NCBI GenBank assembly: GCA_000004985.1
Contig: GG738914.1
Source of the DNA: Naegleria gruberi
Taxonomy: Eukaryota
Reading direction: 5' to 3' (one strand)
DNA length: 64,000 bases
The notes under the pieces were generated by a model. That model was not told the origin of the DNA. It saw only the letters and a program-made list of their open reading frames with translations, and searched no databases. The translations under genes and the position numbers were made by a program. Within the stretch, counting starts at the first letter, position 1, and each line of letters begins with the position of its first letter. Shown piece after piece: positions 33,471-44,700 of this stretch.

Positions 33471-35249
33471 TTACATTCCACCAGACATGAATTTACGAGT
33501 TTCATTAAGGAGGGTTTGTTTAACCTTTTCATTGGCTTCATGGAGTGGTGTTCTACGGTTGTTATCCTCTATAGAAACATCAGCTCCTTTTTGAACTAGT
33601 AACTTAGCAATCTCGATATCTGGATTATTGTTCAGGAAAACTTTGTGAAGTGGTGTTTGACGAAGAATGTCTTGTTGATTCACATATGAAATAACCTCCG
33701 ATTTGTCATCTGCACTATCTGTCTTTTCCTTTCTTTCCTTTTGGTCAGTTTCCAATAAGAATGCAACAACGTCCTTTTGTAAATTTTGTGCAGCAAAGTG
33801 CAATGGTGTTAAATCCTCATCTGTTGTTGCATGAATGTCATCCTTGTATTTTTCAACTAGATCCTTAACTATGGCCTTGTTTCCTTGTTCCGAAGCAAGA
33901 TGGAGAATTGTCTTTTTGTGTCTGTCTCCAATCTTGAAATCAGCACCTCTTTCCAAGAGCAATTTGACAACGTCATATTGCTTATTAACCATGGCACAAT
34001 AAATTGGAGTTGTCATGTTATCGTCACGAGCATTAATATCGATATACGGATGTTCAATTAAATAGTCAAGCATAAGTCTGTCACCACGAATAGCAGCAAT
34101 GTGCAGTGGTGTTTTACCATCTTCTTCGTTTTGACAATTTGGATCGGCACCTTCCAGAGTTAACAAGACTACATCTGCGTAATTATTACTGTCAACTGCA
34201 AGGAAAAGAGAAACTTCAAGTGAAAATCCTTCATCATCCTCTTGTCCTTCAACTGGTTCTGGGAATTCCAATGAATTTCTAGCAAGTTCCAAATGTTTCA
34301 AGAAAGTTTCAGTATTTTTCAGTATTTTAGCAAGTTCAAAAGCACCCTTATTACCAATATGATTATCATTTAAAGATATTCTCTCAATACAAGCTCCATT
34401 CAAACATGCTTCAGCAAGAGCAATGGCACCATTATCGTAAATTTCGTTTTTGTCCAATAAAACTGTTTTTAAAGTCTTGTTTCGTTCCAAAATCTTTGCC
34501 AAATCCTCAGTACCTTGATCACTAATTTGATTATTTGAAAGATCAATAAATGTAACTGATTTGTTGTTACTGAGAGATTTAGAAAGTGCTGTTAAAGATT
34601 CGCAAGTAATGTCATTATTAGCAAGTATTATAGCTGATAAACTCTTTGTAGTTGAGTGAATTCCTCCCACAACTGGCACACATTGACGATCAGTCAACTT
34701 GATCTCTGACAAGTCAAGTGTTTCAATTTTGTAATTTCCATTCAAAGCAAAACCCAAATAATGGAAATCTTCATCTGTAAATGTTGTTCCTTTTGTTAAA
34801 ACCTTACTATACTTCCAAGTATTAGACTCGATATCAAAATGGAACTTTTTCAAAGAATTTGCAACCTTTTCAAGATCTTGAGCTTTGGATGATGATTGTG
34901 ATTTATCTTGTTTTTGATGACCAATAATTGCATGAAAGACATCAGCCCAATAATCTCTATCCTCTGTTGTACTAAATTCAAAATCGAGTGTTCTCTCCTC
35001 TCCGACCAATGAAAAACAATATTCCTCCTTTACCTTCTTGGATCGTTTGAATGGTTTTGTGGTACATCCCTTCTCAACTTTAGAAAATGTTGAGAGTGAT
35101 TCTGTAGACTTTTTAGTGGCTCCTTTATCGCCTGATTGAAGTGGTTTCCAAATGATTTTATCAAAGGAAGGACTTATAGATACCCAACGTTCATGAGGTG
35201 AACCCTGACGACCATGTTTAATACATTTGAAGCCTATTATATTATTCAA
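33471..35249 (-). CDS. protein with a PH-like N-terminus, RNI-type LRRs and ankyrin repeats
   Basis: RanGAP/RNI-type LRRs are present (LSNNQISDQGTEDLAKIL...LDKNEIYDNGAIALAEA...LNDNHIGNKGAFELAKIL). At least 5 ankyrin repeats follow (GKTPLHIAAIRGD..., TPLHFAAQNLQKDVVAFLL, QTPLHKVF..., RRTPLHEA). Confidence 0.7.
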   Translation of the reverse strand: MNNIIGFKCIKHGRQGSPHERWVSISPSFDKIIWKPLQSGDKGATKKSTESLSTFSKVEKGCTTKPFKRSKKVKEEYCFSLVGEERTLDFEFSTTEDRDYWADVFHAIIGHQKQDKSQSSSKAQDLEKVANSLKKFHFDIESNTWKYSKVLTKGTTFTDEDFHYLGFALNGNYKIETLDLSEIKLTDRQCVPVVGGIHSTTKSLSAIILANNDITCESLTALSKSLSNNKSVTFIDLSNNQISDQGTEDLAKILERNKTLKTVLLDKNEIYDNGAIALAEACLNGACIERISLNDNHIGNKGAFELAKILKNTETFLKHLELARNSLEFPEPVEGQEDDEGFSLEVSLFLAVDSNNYADVVLLTLEGADPNCQNEEDGKTPLHIAAIRGDRLMLDYLIEHPYIDINARDDNMTTPIYCAMVNKQYDVVKLLLERGADFKIGDRHKKTILHLASEQGNKAIVKDLVEKYKDDIHATTDEDLTPLHFAAQNLQKDVVAFLLETDQKERKEKTDSADDKSEVISYVNQQDILRQTPLHKVFLNNNPDIEIAKLLVQKGADVSIEDNNRRTPLHEANEKVKQTLLNETRKFMSGGM

Positions 35250-36462
35250 TATATATTGATGATGATATAGAATTATTATTACAAAACATTGTTATTAATT
35301 ATATTAAAGTTAATTATTATAGTTGTTCATCAATGATGCAAGAAGAATAATGGTGAAATTATAATTTGTTTTGTTTGCATAAAGATGAAGAAATTGTTAT
35401 TGTTGTGTTTGAAAGGAAATTTTTTACCAATTATTTGCCATTAAATTTGATGAAGGTTGTGTGTTGATATGATGAAATAATAACAACAATGAAGACAAAT
35501 TACATTCCGTACGAAAATGTTGATGATAATGTTGGAGTTATTAGAGTAGAGATAGGTAGATGGCAATGAACAGTAGCATAATATTAAAAAACAATGTTAA
35601 CATTTTCCAGTAAATTTCCAGTTTTTTGACAATTTGTTGAGAACAAGTTATTATTGATTGGTCAATTATGATGAAAAGATGATAATTGTTGTTAATTTAC
35701 TATTATTTGTCAAACAGTGTTGATACATACCTGTCTTGAGTTTCTTCAAGTAATTTTCAATCTTTTTATGTTGAACCAATTGTTCGTACATTGTTTTAAT
35801 TCACTAGAGAGTTAATGTCTAGGTTGTTGTTATTTGATGAAAGTTGTCAATTCAAATACACAATTTTTTTCACTCTTCCACAATGATAATATGTGGTGAT
35901 GTTCTTGTTACTTTTTTTTCGGTTGACACTTGAAGGCCCTGTTTGAAAGATTCGGTGCCTAAAACTGCAAGACATTGAAAGCGTCATTAACTAAAATTTA
36001 GAATAGCAATTCTTTAATTGTCTTGAGGAAGACGTTGTTGCATTTATGTATGAACTGTTGGAAATGCTAAAAGTTTAGGTTCTTGAAAATAAATTCAAAC
36101 ACATCTTCAACAGTTAATTATTTGATATTATGTCTAATGTAATATAACATAATGATATTTAACATTTTCAATTCTCCATAATAGTAGCTTGGACCATTTT
36201 GTTTCGTTCATTTATGTGTGATCGATTGGTTTTCATTACAAAATTTCATTACATTAATTTTCCTTCGTATTTTCCATTTTACCTTTGATCCCTTCATGCT
36301 GCACAGCAGCTTAGGTATTATCTCGATTCCCAAACCAATTTGTTTCTTTGTTCAAGAAGAGAGTTCCCTCATTGTTTGATCTTTTTTTTTCTGTTTGACC
36401 ATTCAAATTTTGGCGGGGAAACAAACTACAACAAAACACTTACTTGATTTTAGCTCAAAAAA

Positions 36463-38007
36463 ATGCTTGCCAATGATGAGACAACTTCTTCTTCGTCATC
36501 CACAAGAACAAGTCAAGGAAATTCTCCTCCTGCTACCATCAAGGTAAGGACTGAGGACGGCTCGTTGGAGGGTGAATTTAGGGTGAGGGAAATTAAATCT
36601 AAAAAACTTCCATCTTTTTTGAGCAAGAAGAGAAAACCAACTTCGGAACAGGATGAAAATAATTCTATTGGTGATGTAAATAAGGATCAATTAGAGGTGA
36701 ATAATATGAAAAAATATAAAGTGGACATGCAAGAAATTGAGTCTTATTTCAATATGGATGATTGTATTTTACATCAGGAATGTGGAAGAAAATGTATGGT
36801 TATGGATGGCTCTGTCAACCCATCAATATCTTATATTGTGACTGGTACAAAAAGGTCAAATGAAATTGTGGAGGAAATTCCCTTCGATCCTAAAATGAAA
36901 AGAACTGTCATTATGTTTGATAAAAGAATGGGATTACATATGGGAAGAGGTTCTCACCCAGAGTCACCAGCTAGATTATCTGGAATTTGGAGCTTTGCCA
37001 TTGAGGAATTTCATTTTGATAAGGGTTGTACAATAATTGAAGGTAGAAAAGCAACGAGAGAGGAGTTGGAGTGGACTCATTCACCACATCATGTGGACGC
37101 TGTAATGGCGTCACATTTAGAAATGTTCAATTTCTCAACAGATGTATTTGTTGGAGAGCAATCAGGAGATGCAGCACGAGTTGCCAGTGGAGGACTTATA
37201 GAGATTGCAACCAAAGTGATGAATGGAGAGTTTGACAATGGCTTTGCAATTATTAGACCTCCAGGGCATCATTGCTACTTTGATAAGGCAAGTGGGTTTT
37301 GTATAGTCAATAATGTGGCTGTTGCTGCAAATGTGTTGGTGAAGAGATCATTGGCTAAACGAATAGTAATTGTAGATTGGGATGTACATCATGGCAATGG
37401 AACACAAGCAATACTGGAAGACCAATTTAAGGAACGTTTCGATAATTGCAATCCAAATAATGATGAAAAGCCAGAGATTATTTTCTTCTCTCTGCATCAA
37501 ACAAAGAATAATTTCTATCCAAAAACTGGAACATTAGAACAAATTGCTTACGAGGGAGCAAAGAAATTTATTTTCAATATTCCATTCGATGAGACATATG
37601 GAGATCAAGAAATACTAAATGCATTCGAGCAAATCATCATGCCAATAGCGAGTAACTATAATCCAGATATTGTTCTCGTTTCAGCTGGCTTTGATGCAGT
37701 AAAAGGAGACAAACTGGGTGGTCAATTATGTTCTCAACAATTATTTGGTCACCTAACATGCATGCTTAAAACATTGGCAAATGGAAAGATTGTATTAGCT
37801 CTCGAAGGAGGTTATAACATTCAAGAAACTGCAGGATGTGTAAAAGAATGTGTTTCAGTGTTGTGTGGACAAGAACCACAGGGTCTCTCCTCTCTCTTCC
37901 AAACCATGTATCTGAAAGAGGAACAAATTGAAAAACATTCTAATATGATGGAAAGAGTAAAGCAATTTTACTCTGCCGAGTTCAATAAAATGGATACCAA
38001 TCTTTAA
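36463..38007 (+). CDS. histone deacetylase, class II-like (Zn-dependent deacetylase family)
   Basis: The catalytic motifs are present (PPGHHCYFDKASGFCIVNNVAVAA ... DWDVHHGNGTQ ... SAGFDAVKGDKLG ... EGGYN). The start is an ATG, and the N-terminal region of about 120 aa is low-complexity. Confidence 0.85.
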   Translation: MLANDETTSSSSSTRTSQGNSPPATIKVRTEDGSLEGEFRVREIKSKKLPSFLSKKRKPTSEQDENNSIGDVNKDQLEVNNMKKYKVDMQEIESYFNMDDCILHQECGRKCMVMDGSVNPSISYIVTGTKRSNEIVEEIPFDPKMKRTVIMFDKRMGLHMGRGSHPESPARLSGIWSFAIEEFHFDKGCTIIEGRKATREELEWTHSPHHVDAVMASHLEMFNFSTDVFVGEQSGDAARVASGGLIEIATKVMNGEFDNGFAIIRPPGHHCYFDKASGFCIVNNVAVAANVLVKRSLAKRIVIVDWDVHHGNGTQAILEDQFKERFDNCNPNNDEKPEIIFFSLHQTKNNFYPKTGTLEQIAYEGAKKFIFNIPFDETYGDQEILNAFEQIIMPIASNYNPDIVLVSAGFDAVKGDKLGGQLCSQQLFGHLTCMLKTLANGKIVLALEGGYNIQETAGCVKECVSVLCGQEPQGLSSLFQTMYLKEEQIEKHSNMMERVKQFYSAEFNKMDTNL

Positions 38008-38136
38008 ATTGGTTCAGTCTCAAATTTAATAGAAAATTCAACAACCAAGAAAAACTGTGAATGTGTAACAGAAAAATCTTTTCACATGTCCATTTGAAAT
38101 CAAATTTCATAATCATCAAACATCCTATCAAAAAAA

Positions 38137-39210
38137 ATGTCTCAACATCATCAATATAATATCATTTCATTGATGATATTAATGATATTCTTTTTAGCAG
38201 TAAATATTCACTCTGCATCATCATTATCACCATCTACTATTATAAATATTAATAACAATCATCAACATGCTAATGATAATTTAGAATTTCCAGTTTATCC
38301 ATTTACCAAATCATTAACATTAAACGACACAGGATCCGATGTATATAAATTACAATTATTATTATATAGATATTATAATTGTGAAAAATTATATCCAAAT
38401 CAACAAGATACATTTTTATCTTCTATTTTTGATATTAAAACTATGAATTGTTTAATTAATTTTATGAATGAAAATAATTTAAATGTTAATATAAATAATA
38501 ATAAGTCACCATATATATCATTAACACCAAATGTAGCAAAAGAATTGGTTGATAAATATATGGATAATGATGGATATGTTGATTCATATGTGTATCCTAA
38601 TGGTACAATGTATAAGCAAATACCATCTCAATATAAATATTATGTTTATGTACCTGTTTATAGAAATAGATCAATTGAAAATATTTGTTATTTATTTGAT
38701 AAATTTGGAAATAAGAGACATTCTTTTAAATGTAGAACTCACGGTCAACCTAATTTAAATCAATTGACTTCTGATGGTGATACTCCAACTGGTTTATATA
38801 CTTTTGGTATGTTTTTTGTTTAATTTTTTTTTATTAATTTCATTAATATTTTTAATATTTGTTTAATTTTATTTAATTTACAAATAGATTTAAATACACC
38901 TGAAGATAATCCAGTAGAATATGGACCATATGATGTGAATAGAGCAGTGTATGGATTAAAAGGAAATAGTTTGTTAATATATCCTAAATATAGAAGTGGA
39001 ATATTGATGCATACAGGTGAATGGAATATTAAACCAAATGATCCAATGCCAAATTCACATGGTTGCATTCATGCAATGCCACATGATATTCAATTAATTG
39101 CAAATATTTTAAAAAATGAATTGGGTGTTGTTGCAAATGAAAATACTTTTGGTAAATATCCATATCCATATCAACAACAAGGTTTATTAAGTGTTGTTTT
39201 AATTAAATAA
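38137..39210 (+). CDS. secreted protein with a peptidoglycan-binding-like domain and a YkuD-type L,D-transpeptidase domain (two exons; intron 38807..38887)
   Basis: The protein has a signal peptide (MSQHHQYNIISLMILMIFFLAVNIHSAS) and a PG_binding_1-like segment (LNDTGSDVYKLQLLLYRYYN...IKTMNCLINFMNENNL). Exon 2 carries the YkuD catalytic signature SHGCIHAMP. An 81-nt GTATGT...AAATAG intron joins the two track ORFs in frame (TFG + DLNTPEDN...). Confidence 0.6.
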
Positions 39211-39377
39211 ATTATTTACCTTTCAACTCTGCTACTCTTACTCTTGGTTCAGCAAACATTGTATGAAGTAATGGCTAAATCAATAATGGTACTTGTAGTG
39301 TACACAATTGCTTTTCTTTTGGTATTTAGAGGCAAAATGTATCAGTTCAAAGTAATGGAATATTTAAGGTTAAAATT

Positions 39378-39450
39378 TGCCGACACCAGGGATCGAACCA
39401 GGGACCTTAAGATCTTCAGTCTTACGCTCTCCCAACTGAGCTATGTCGGC
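39378..39450 (-). tRNA. tRNA-Phe (anticodon GAA)
   Basis: The reverse complement GCCGACATAGCTCAGTTGGGAGAGCGTAAGACTGAAGATCTTAAGGTCCCTGGTTCGATCCCTGGTGTCGGCA is nearly identical to eukaryotic tRNA-Phe. The acceptor stem is perfect, and there is one U.U mismatch in the T-stem (positions 51/63). Confidence 0.8.
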
Positions 39451-39547
39451 TTCTTGCTTTGTAAGATGTTTCATCAAGCTTGCTTATAAATGAAATGGTG
39501 GCGTTATTCCACCACACGCAAGAACTTTAGAATTTAAAACAAAAAAA

Positions 39548-41600
39548 ATGACAAAAAAGAAAAAGTCACATAATGCTGGTTATCAAAGTGGGAAGAAGCA
39601 AAAACCCAAACAACAACAGCAACAACATTCCTCCGATGAAGATGACTATGATCATACTCATCCTATGAACGTGATGGACATGATGAATCAATTCTACTCT
39701 AACATCCCAGCCACCGTCTATAGTAATGGTCAAAAGATTGAACATGCCGATAGTAGGAATGCCTTTTCATCGTTTATGAGCAATTTACCATCGGATAGTC
39801 AACAATCAATGAAGGAATTAATGGCTAGAAATTTACATTGTGATGAGGATCAAGTAGAGGAAATTTATGGTAACAAGAAGAAGAATAATAACAATCAAAA
39901 GGCTTCAGCATCAGAAAAAGCAAAATCTAATTCTACACCAACTAGTGTTGCTACTTCTTCTTCTGCTACTCAACAATCAAAGAAGCCTCCTGTAAATATA
40001 TTCAATATGGAGCCTTTAGGAGAAACCCTGAAGGAGCTTAGGTTTGCCACGAGTGCTGAGTTTGATGAGCATTCGAGAAAGTTTGTGGAATTTCATTCCA
40101 AGTGTGCTAAGGCATTAAAGGAGGAGTATGGAATGCACACTGATCGTATGGTTGGTATTCCTATTGCTACTTTTGATTCGGAATTATTGGAAATTGCTAT
40201 AGAACAAGCAGCTCTTACCAGAGAAACTCAAGCTAATTCGAATAAGAAGGAAGACAAGGAACATGTTATGCCGCTAGAGCCATTCTTGGATAAGACATCA
40301 TTACCTGATTGGCATGTATTCAAAATTAATGGAAAGGGAAGTGTTATTGCAGGTCAATTGGCAGCAACTCTTTGTAAATTGTTCAGATTACCACTTGGAT
40401 CTATTAGAATTATTTATACTAAATATTACAACTGGAAACGTGAATATAAGGAAGCAGGCGAATTTGAACCAAGAGGAGAATATATAATTGCTGTCCTATT
40501 CCAATACAAAGAAAGGTATTGAGGAATTTAAAGAATGGAAAAAGAAAGTAGATACATACTCTAAGAGCTTTGGATATTTCAATACCAGGTCTGCTGAGGA
40601 TATTATTAAATCCAAATTAGATTGGCGTGAAAAGAGTAAGAGAGTTTTCAAGCTCGAACTCGACACTTCCAAACCACTTACTGAGGAAGAAAACCTGAAT
40701 TGGCTTAAATATTTCCATGACAGAATGATTACTCAAAAATTGCACAATGATTGTTGTGATGATGAAGTATTTGATGGTAGTGTTGAAGTAATATGGAACT
40801 GCCTGCAGCACATGATGAGACAATTGTATGACCCTTCCATATCAAAAGAATACTTACACAATTTCGTTGCTCAAAATGTATTCCTTTCCATTCGTCCAAA
40901 CTATAGAGATCACAAATTCTTGTGTGGATTTAAATCATACACTAGATTCTACTCTCTTCATTCATATGGTTGTGTGGATTTCAAGTATGCATTCTTCCAT
41001 ACAACAAAATACTATTCCCACGTATTTTACACAACTCTACTTTATAGAATTGTTGATTTGGCAGATAAGGAAAGCAGAGAGGATCAATCGTCTGGATGGA
41101 AACCTGTATGGGATAACAAATTAGCCAACGATCCAAGATTCCAAGAAGAAGATTGGATTACTATTGAAAAGAGGCAAGTGAACATTACTCTTCCAGAAAT
41201 TAAGGAAATTAGAGAAACTTTAATTGGAAAAGAAGGAAAATTGAATTGCATTCCTATTAGCAAATTCCTGTACACTATATCGAACGGAACTGGTGCTGGT
41301 AGTGGTGAAACTACGCTTGTTGATGATGATAAATGGATCGAAGTTAGACTAAGAAAGATTTGTAATGAACTAAAACCAGAAGATGCCGAATTCAAGGAAC
41401 ATGATTTCAATAAGGATATTCAAAAACAATTGGAAGAAATGAAAAAGAAAAAACCAAGCAAGAAGAATAGAAATCCAATGCAAAGCGACGCCAGCTATCC
41501 CAACGATGAAGAATCTGGTAACATGTATAGAATGTTAAAGAATGGAAGAGGTGGTGGCGATGGTGGATTTGGAGGACCTCCAGGTTGTGGCCAAATGTAA
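39548..41600 (+). CDS. hypothetical basic/acidic protein encoded in two overlapping frames (ORFs 39548..40522 and 40488..41600); it needs a +1 frameshift or an unrecognised intron near 40490-40520
   Basis: The second ORF begins at a CTG and continues the first in the +1 frame. The C-terminal half is Gly-rich at its end (GGGDGGFGGPPGCGQM). No motif was recognised. Confidence 0.4.
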
Positions 41601-41702
41601 ATAAATCTCTAATTCTTGATTGTTCCAATTTAATAATAGGAAATTATTAATATTTGAAGATATTTGGGATTTTAAAGATTGAGTTTTTTAGTTGTTTTAT
41701 AA

Positions 41703-44700
41703 TTACAATTCATCTTCTTCAATTTCGATTTCTTCTGTAACAAGGGCAATATCCTTAGGTTTTGGTTCTCGTTTTTGGTAGTGATCATAGGAGGTGGCAG
41801 CACTGTAAGATCTTGGGCTGTCAATGGAAGATTCTTCATCAGTCATTGTGGAATCATTTCTGTTTCTTCCTCCTCTTGGTGACATAGCAATTCTTGAACT
41901 GAGTCTTGACAATGTATTATTGTAAATTTCCACATCCAAATTGTGAGATAATTCCATTTCCTTATCTTGTTTTTCTAGTTTGTCTGTGATCTTGGAAGCT
42001 TTGGAAGTGGTAAACTTTCTTTTAACTTTACCACCTTTTTGTTTAGCCAATCTAATCTTCTTTTTGATACGTCTCAAGTTTACCAATCCTTCCATAATAT
42101 CTCTAATATTCTTACTATTATCCTCATCACTAGAATCAGAATCAGATTCAAAGAGAGTCAAATTAAATTCTACCTTTCTCTTTGAAGTGTTCATTCTAGC
42201 ATAAGCGTCAACATCATCTGGAATAAAGAGTGGATTCTCTTCAACTACCCAATCATCATGGAATTCTTCATAACTATCACATAATGGATTCTCAATAATA
42301 TTCCACTTTTCTTGTGCTTCCTCATCTTCCAATAGTACAACCTTAGTCATTTGAGTTAACGGATTACCAAATAGTTTGGAATATAATGCTTGGAGTGACT
42401 TGGCCTTTTCTTTACCGTACTTTCGTTCCAATTCTCTTCTGGCCAATCTTTCCTTCTTTCTGTCCTTCTTTCTTCTGACATAGATATCATAAATAAGCAT
42501 TCCCAAAACAAGCACTATAGATACTACAATAACAATGGAGGCAATCCATTCACAAAAACCACGCAGGGTTTCATTTCCTTTCCAAGCACCATCATCAACC
42601 AAGAAAAGTAAACCAAAGAACAAAACCAATTCAGTACACACTAGAGAAACCCATTCGAGGAGATTGTGGAATTTGGTCTTGAATGGCACAAACTGTGATT
42701 GCAACAGGAAAGCAATGAATACAGTAATCAGAGCAAAGGTAACAGTTTGAAGAGGAAGTAAGAAGGTGTTGAAGATGGAGAGAAGCAACTTTCTGAAGGT
42801 AATAATAATTTCCCAATAGAAGAGTCTCTTCTTGAATCTGTTTTGGATAAATTTGAATCTCAAATCGAAATCTTTAACTTTCTGTAACAAGACAGGATTC
42901 TTTGGCTTCCATTTGAGTTCGTCCAATTCAGTCTTTGTCAAATCTGGGTTGTGTATCAACAAATCCTTTCTAACTTCCAACTTCAAATGTTTCTTATAAA
43001 TATAGAGCGAGAGGAAGAACAAGATTGAACCGAGACCAAACACGACAAAGTAAATAATAGCTAGAGGTAACATGGCAATCCACTGAGGATCCAAAATACT
43101 GATATCTGGACTCGATACAAGTGCACAAGTATTGTCAGGTTGAGGTGTACAATAGAAAATGTCACTGGCTTGTGAAATGATAAAAGCAAAGGTAAAACTG
43201 AGGAACGCAGTGTAGCCATTGATCAATTGATTGAAGAATACTTTCATTTGTTTGGCGCTCATCTTTTCCTTAAGAAGCCAAACTAAGAAGTTTCGTAACC
43301 AAACAAACAAATTGATAAACCAAATCTTCCAATCATTGAGATTTTCAATGATCCTTCTCTTCAATCTTTGTTTCTTGTTGAGCTTCTTTTCTTCTTCCTT
43401 CTTTTTCAAGTATTCCACTTCATCAATATCGTTGTGATATCTGTACGGTTCACGATATTCAAATTTCACGTGATGTCCAAACTTGCTAACAATAACATTT
43501 CTCAAAATTCCCAAAATATACAACAGCACAAACAGTACAAATACATAAACTGGGAAGAGTGAGGTCAGATACCATTTGGTTAGTTGGTTAATGTCTGGGA
43601 AAATACACTTTGGATTGATAAAGTCAGTATTGAAAAGTGTTGCAGAACTGGCCGTATAGGAATATTCCATTACAACAGGCCACTTGACGTTATATTTGGT
43701 GAACATGGCAACAACTTGGAAGAATGACAGTGCAATAGAAATAGAAGCCAAATGTGAAAGTTTGATACTACTGATCAATAAGAAAATTAAAACTACAACC
43801 AACATGAGTATACCAAATCCAATCAATCTCCAGATAGCATCGTCTCCACATTTAGTACAGAAACCATTGAATTTGTAATAACCAACATCACAAGCTCCAC
43901 ATTTTCCTGATATATATCCAACTGTACAATTTTCAATTGAAAAACCACCACAAGCTTCAATAGGAAGACAACTGTAAACAGTGTAATTGTCATGTTTTCC
44001 CATCCAGTAACCTTTCTTTGGATATGGATGTATGTTGTTTCCAGCGTTACAAATCATAGATTGCTCATTACATTTTACGCAATAGTCATCCAACTTCTTT
44101 GGGCTGGGATTGAGATAATAATTATTTTGACAAATACATTCAGTGAGTGAGGTAGAGGCCTTTTGAAGTGTTAAAGTGTTTACCGGACAAGAAATACATT
44201 CCTTGGCTTGGAAAGATGATGAATAAGTATTAAAATCACATGGAATACAAGCATTACTGTCATTGATTGGTTTGTAGAAACCTGGCTTACATTCTTGACA
44301 TACATCTCTGTAAGAGGAAGCTCCGTAACCAGCCATACATGGAACGTATTCAAACATTGATTTGGCATCACTGGAAAGTTGTAGAGCATTGGTGTTTGAT
44401 GAGCCATTCTTAAATGCAGCATATGTGAATCCTTCTCCATTCAAAGAATACCACTCTCTTCTATTCACAGATAAGGAAATACTTGTCAAACCTTTCTCTC
44501 TCTTTGGAGCTATACACATGATAATATTTTCACTCATCACAGTACAAACATCTGTTGAAATAACAGTTCCAAACATTGCCCTAATCTCTACAGTTGCCAA
44601 TTTTGAAATATTAACTACTTGTGTAATACCCTCAACTTGGAGAGTAACTGGAATGTCATCATAGGTCCAAGTCTTCTTTGGATTGACGTTTAAAACTTTC

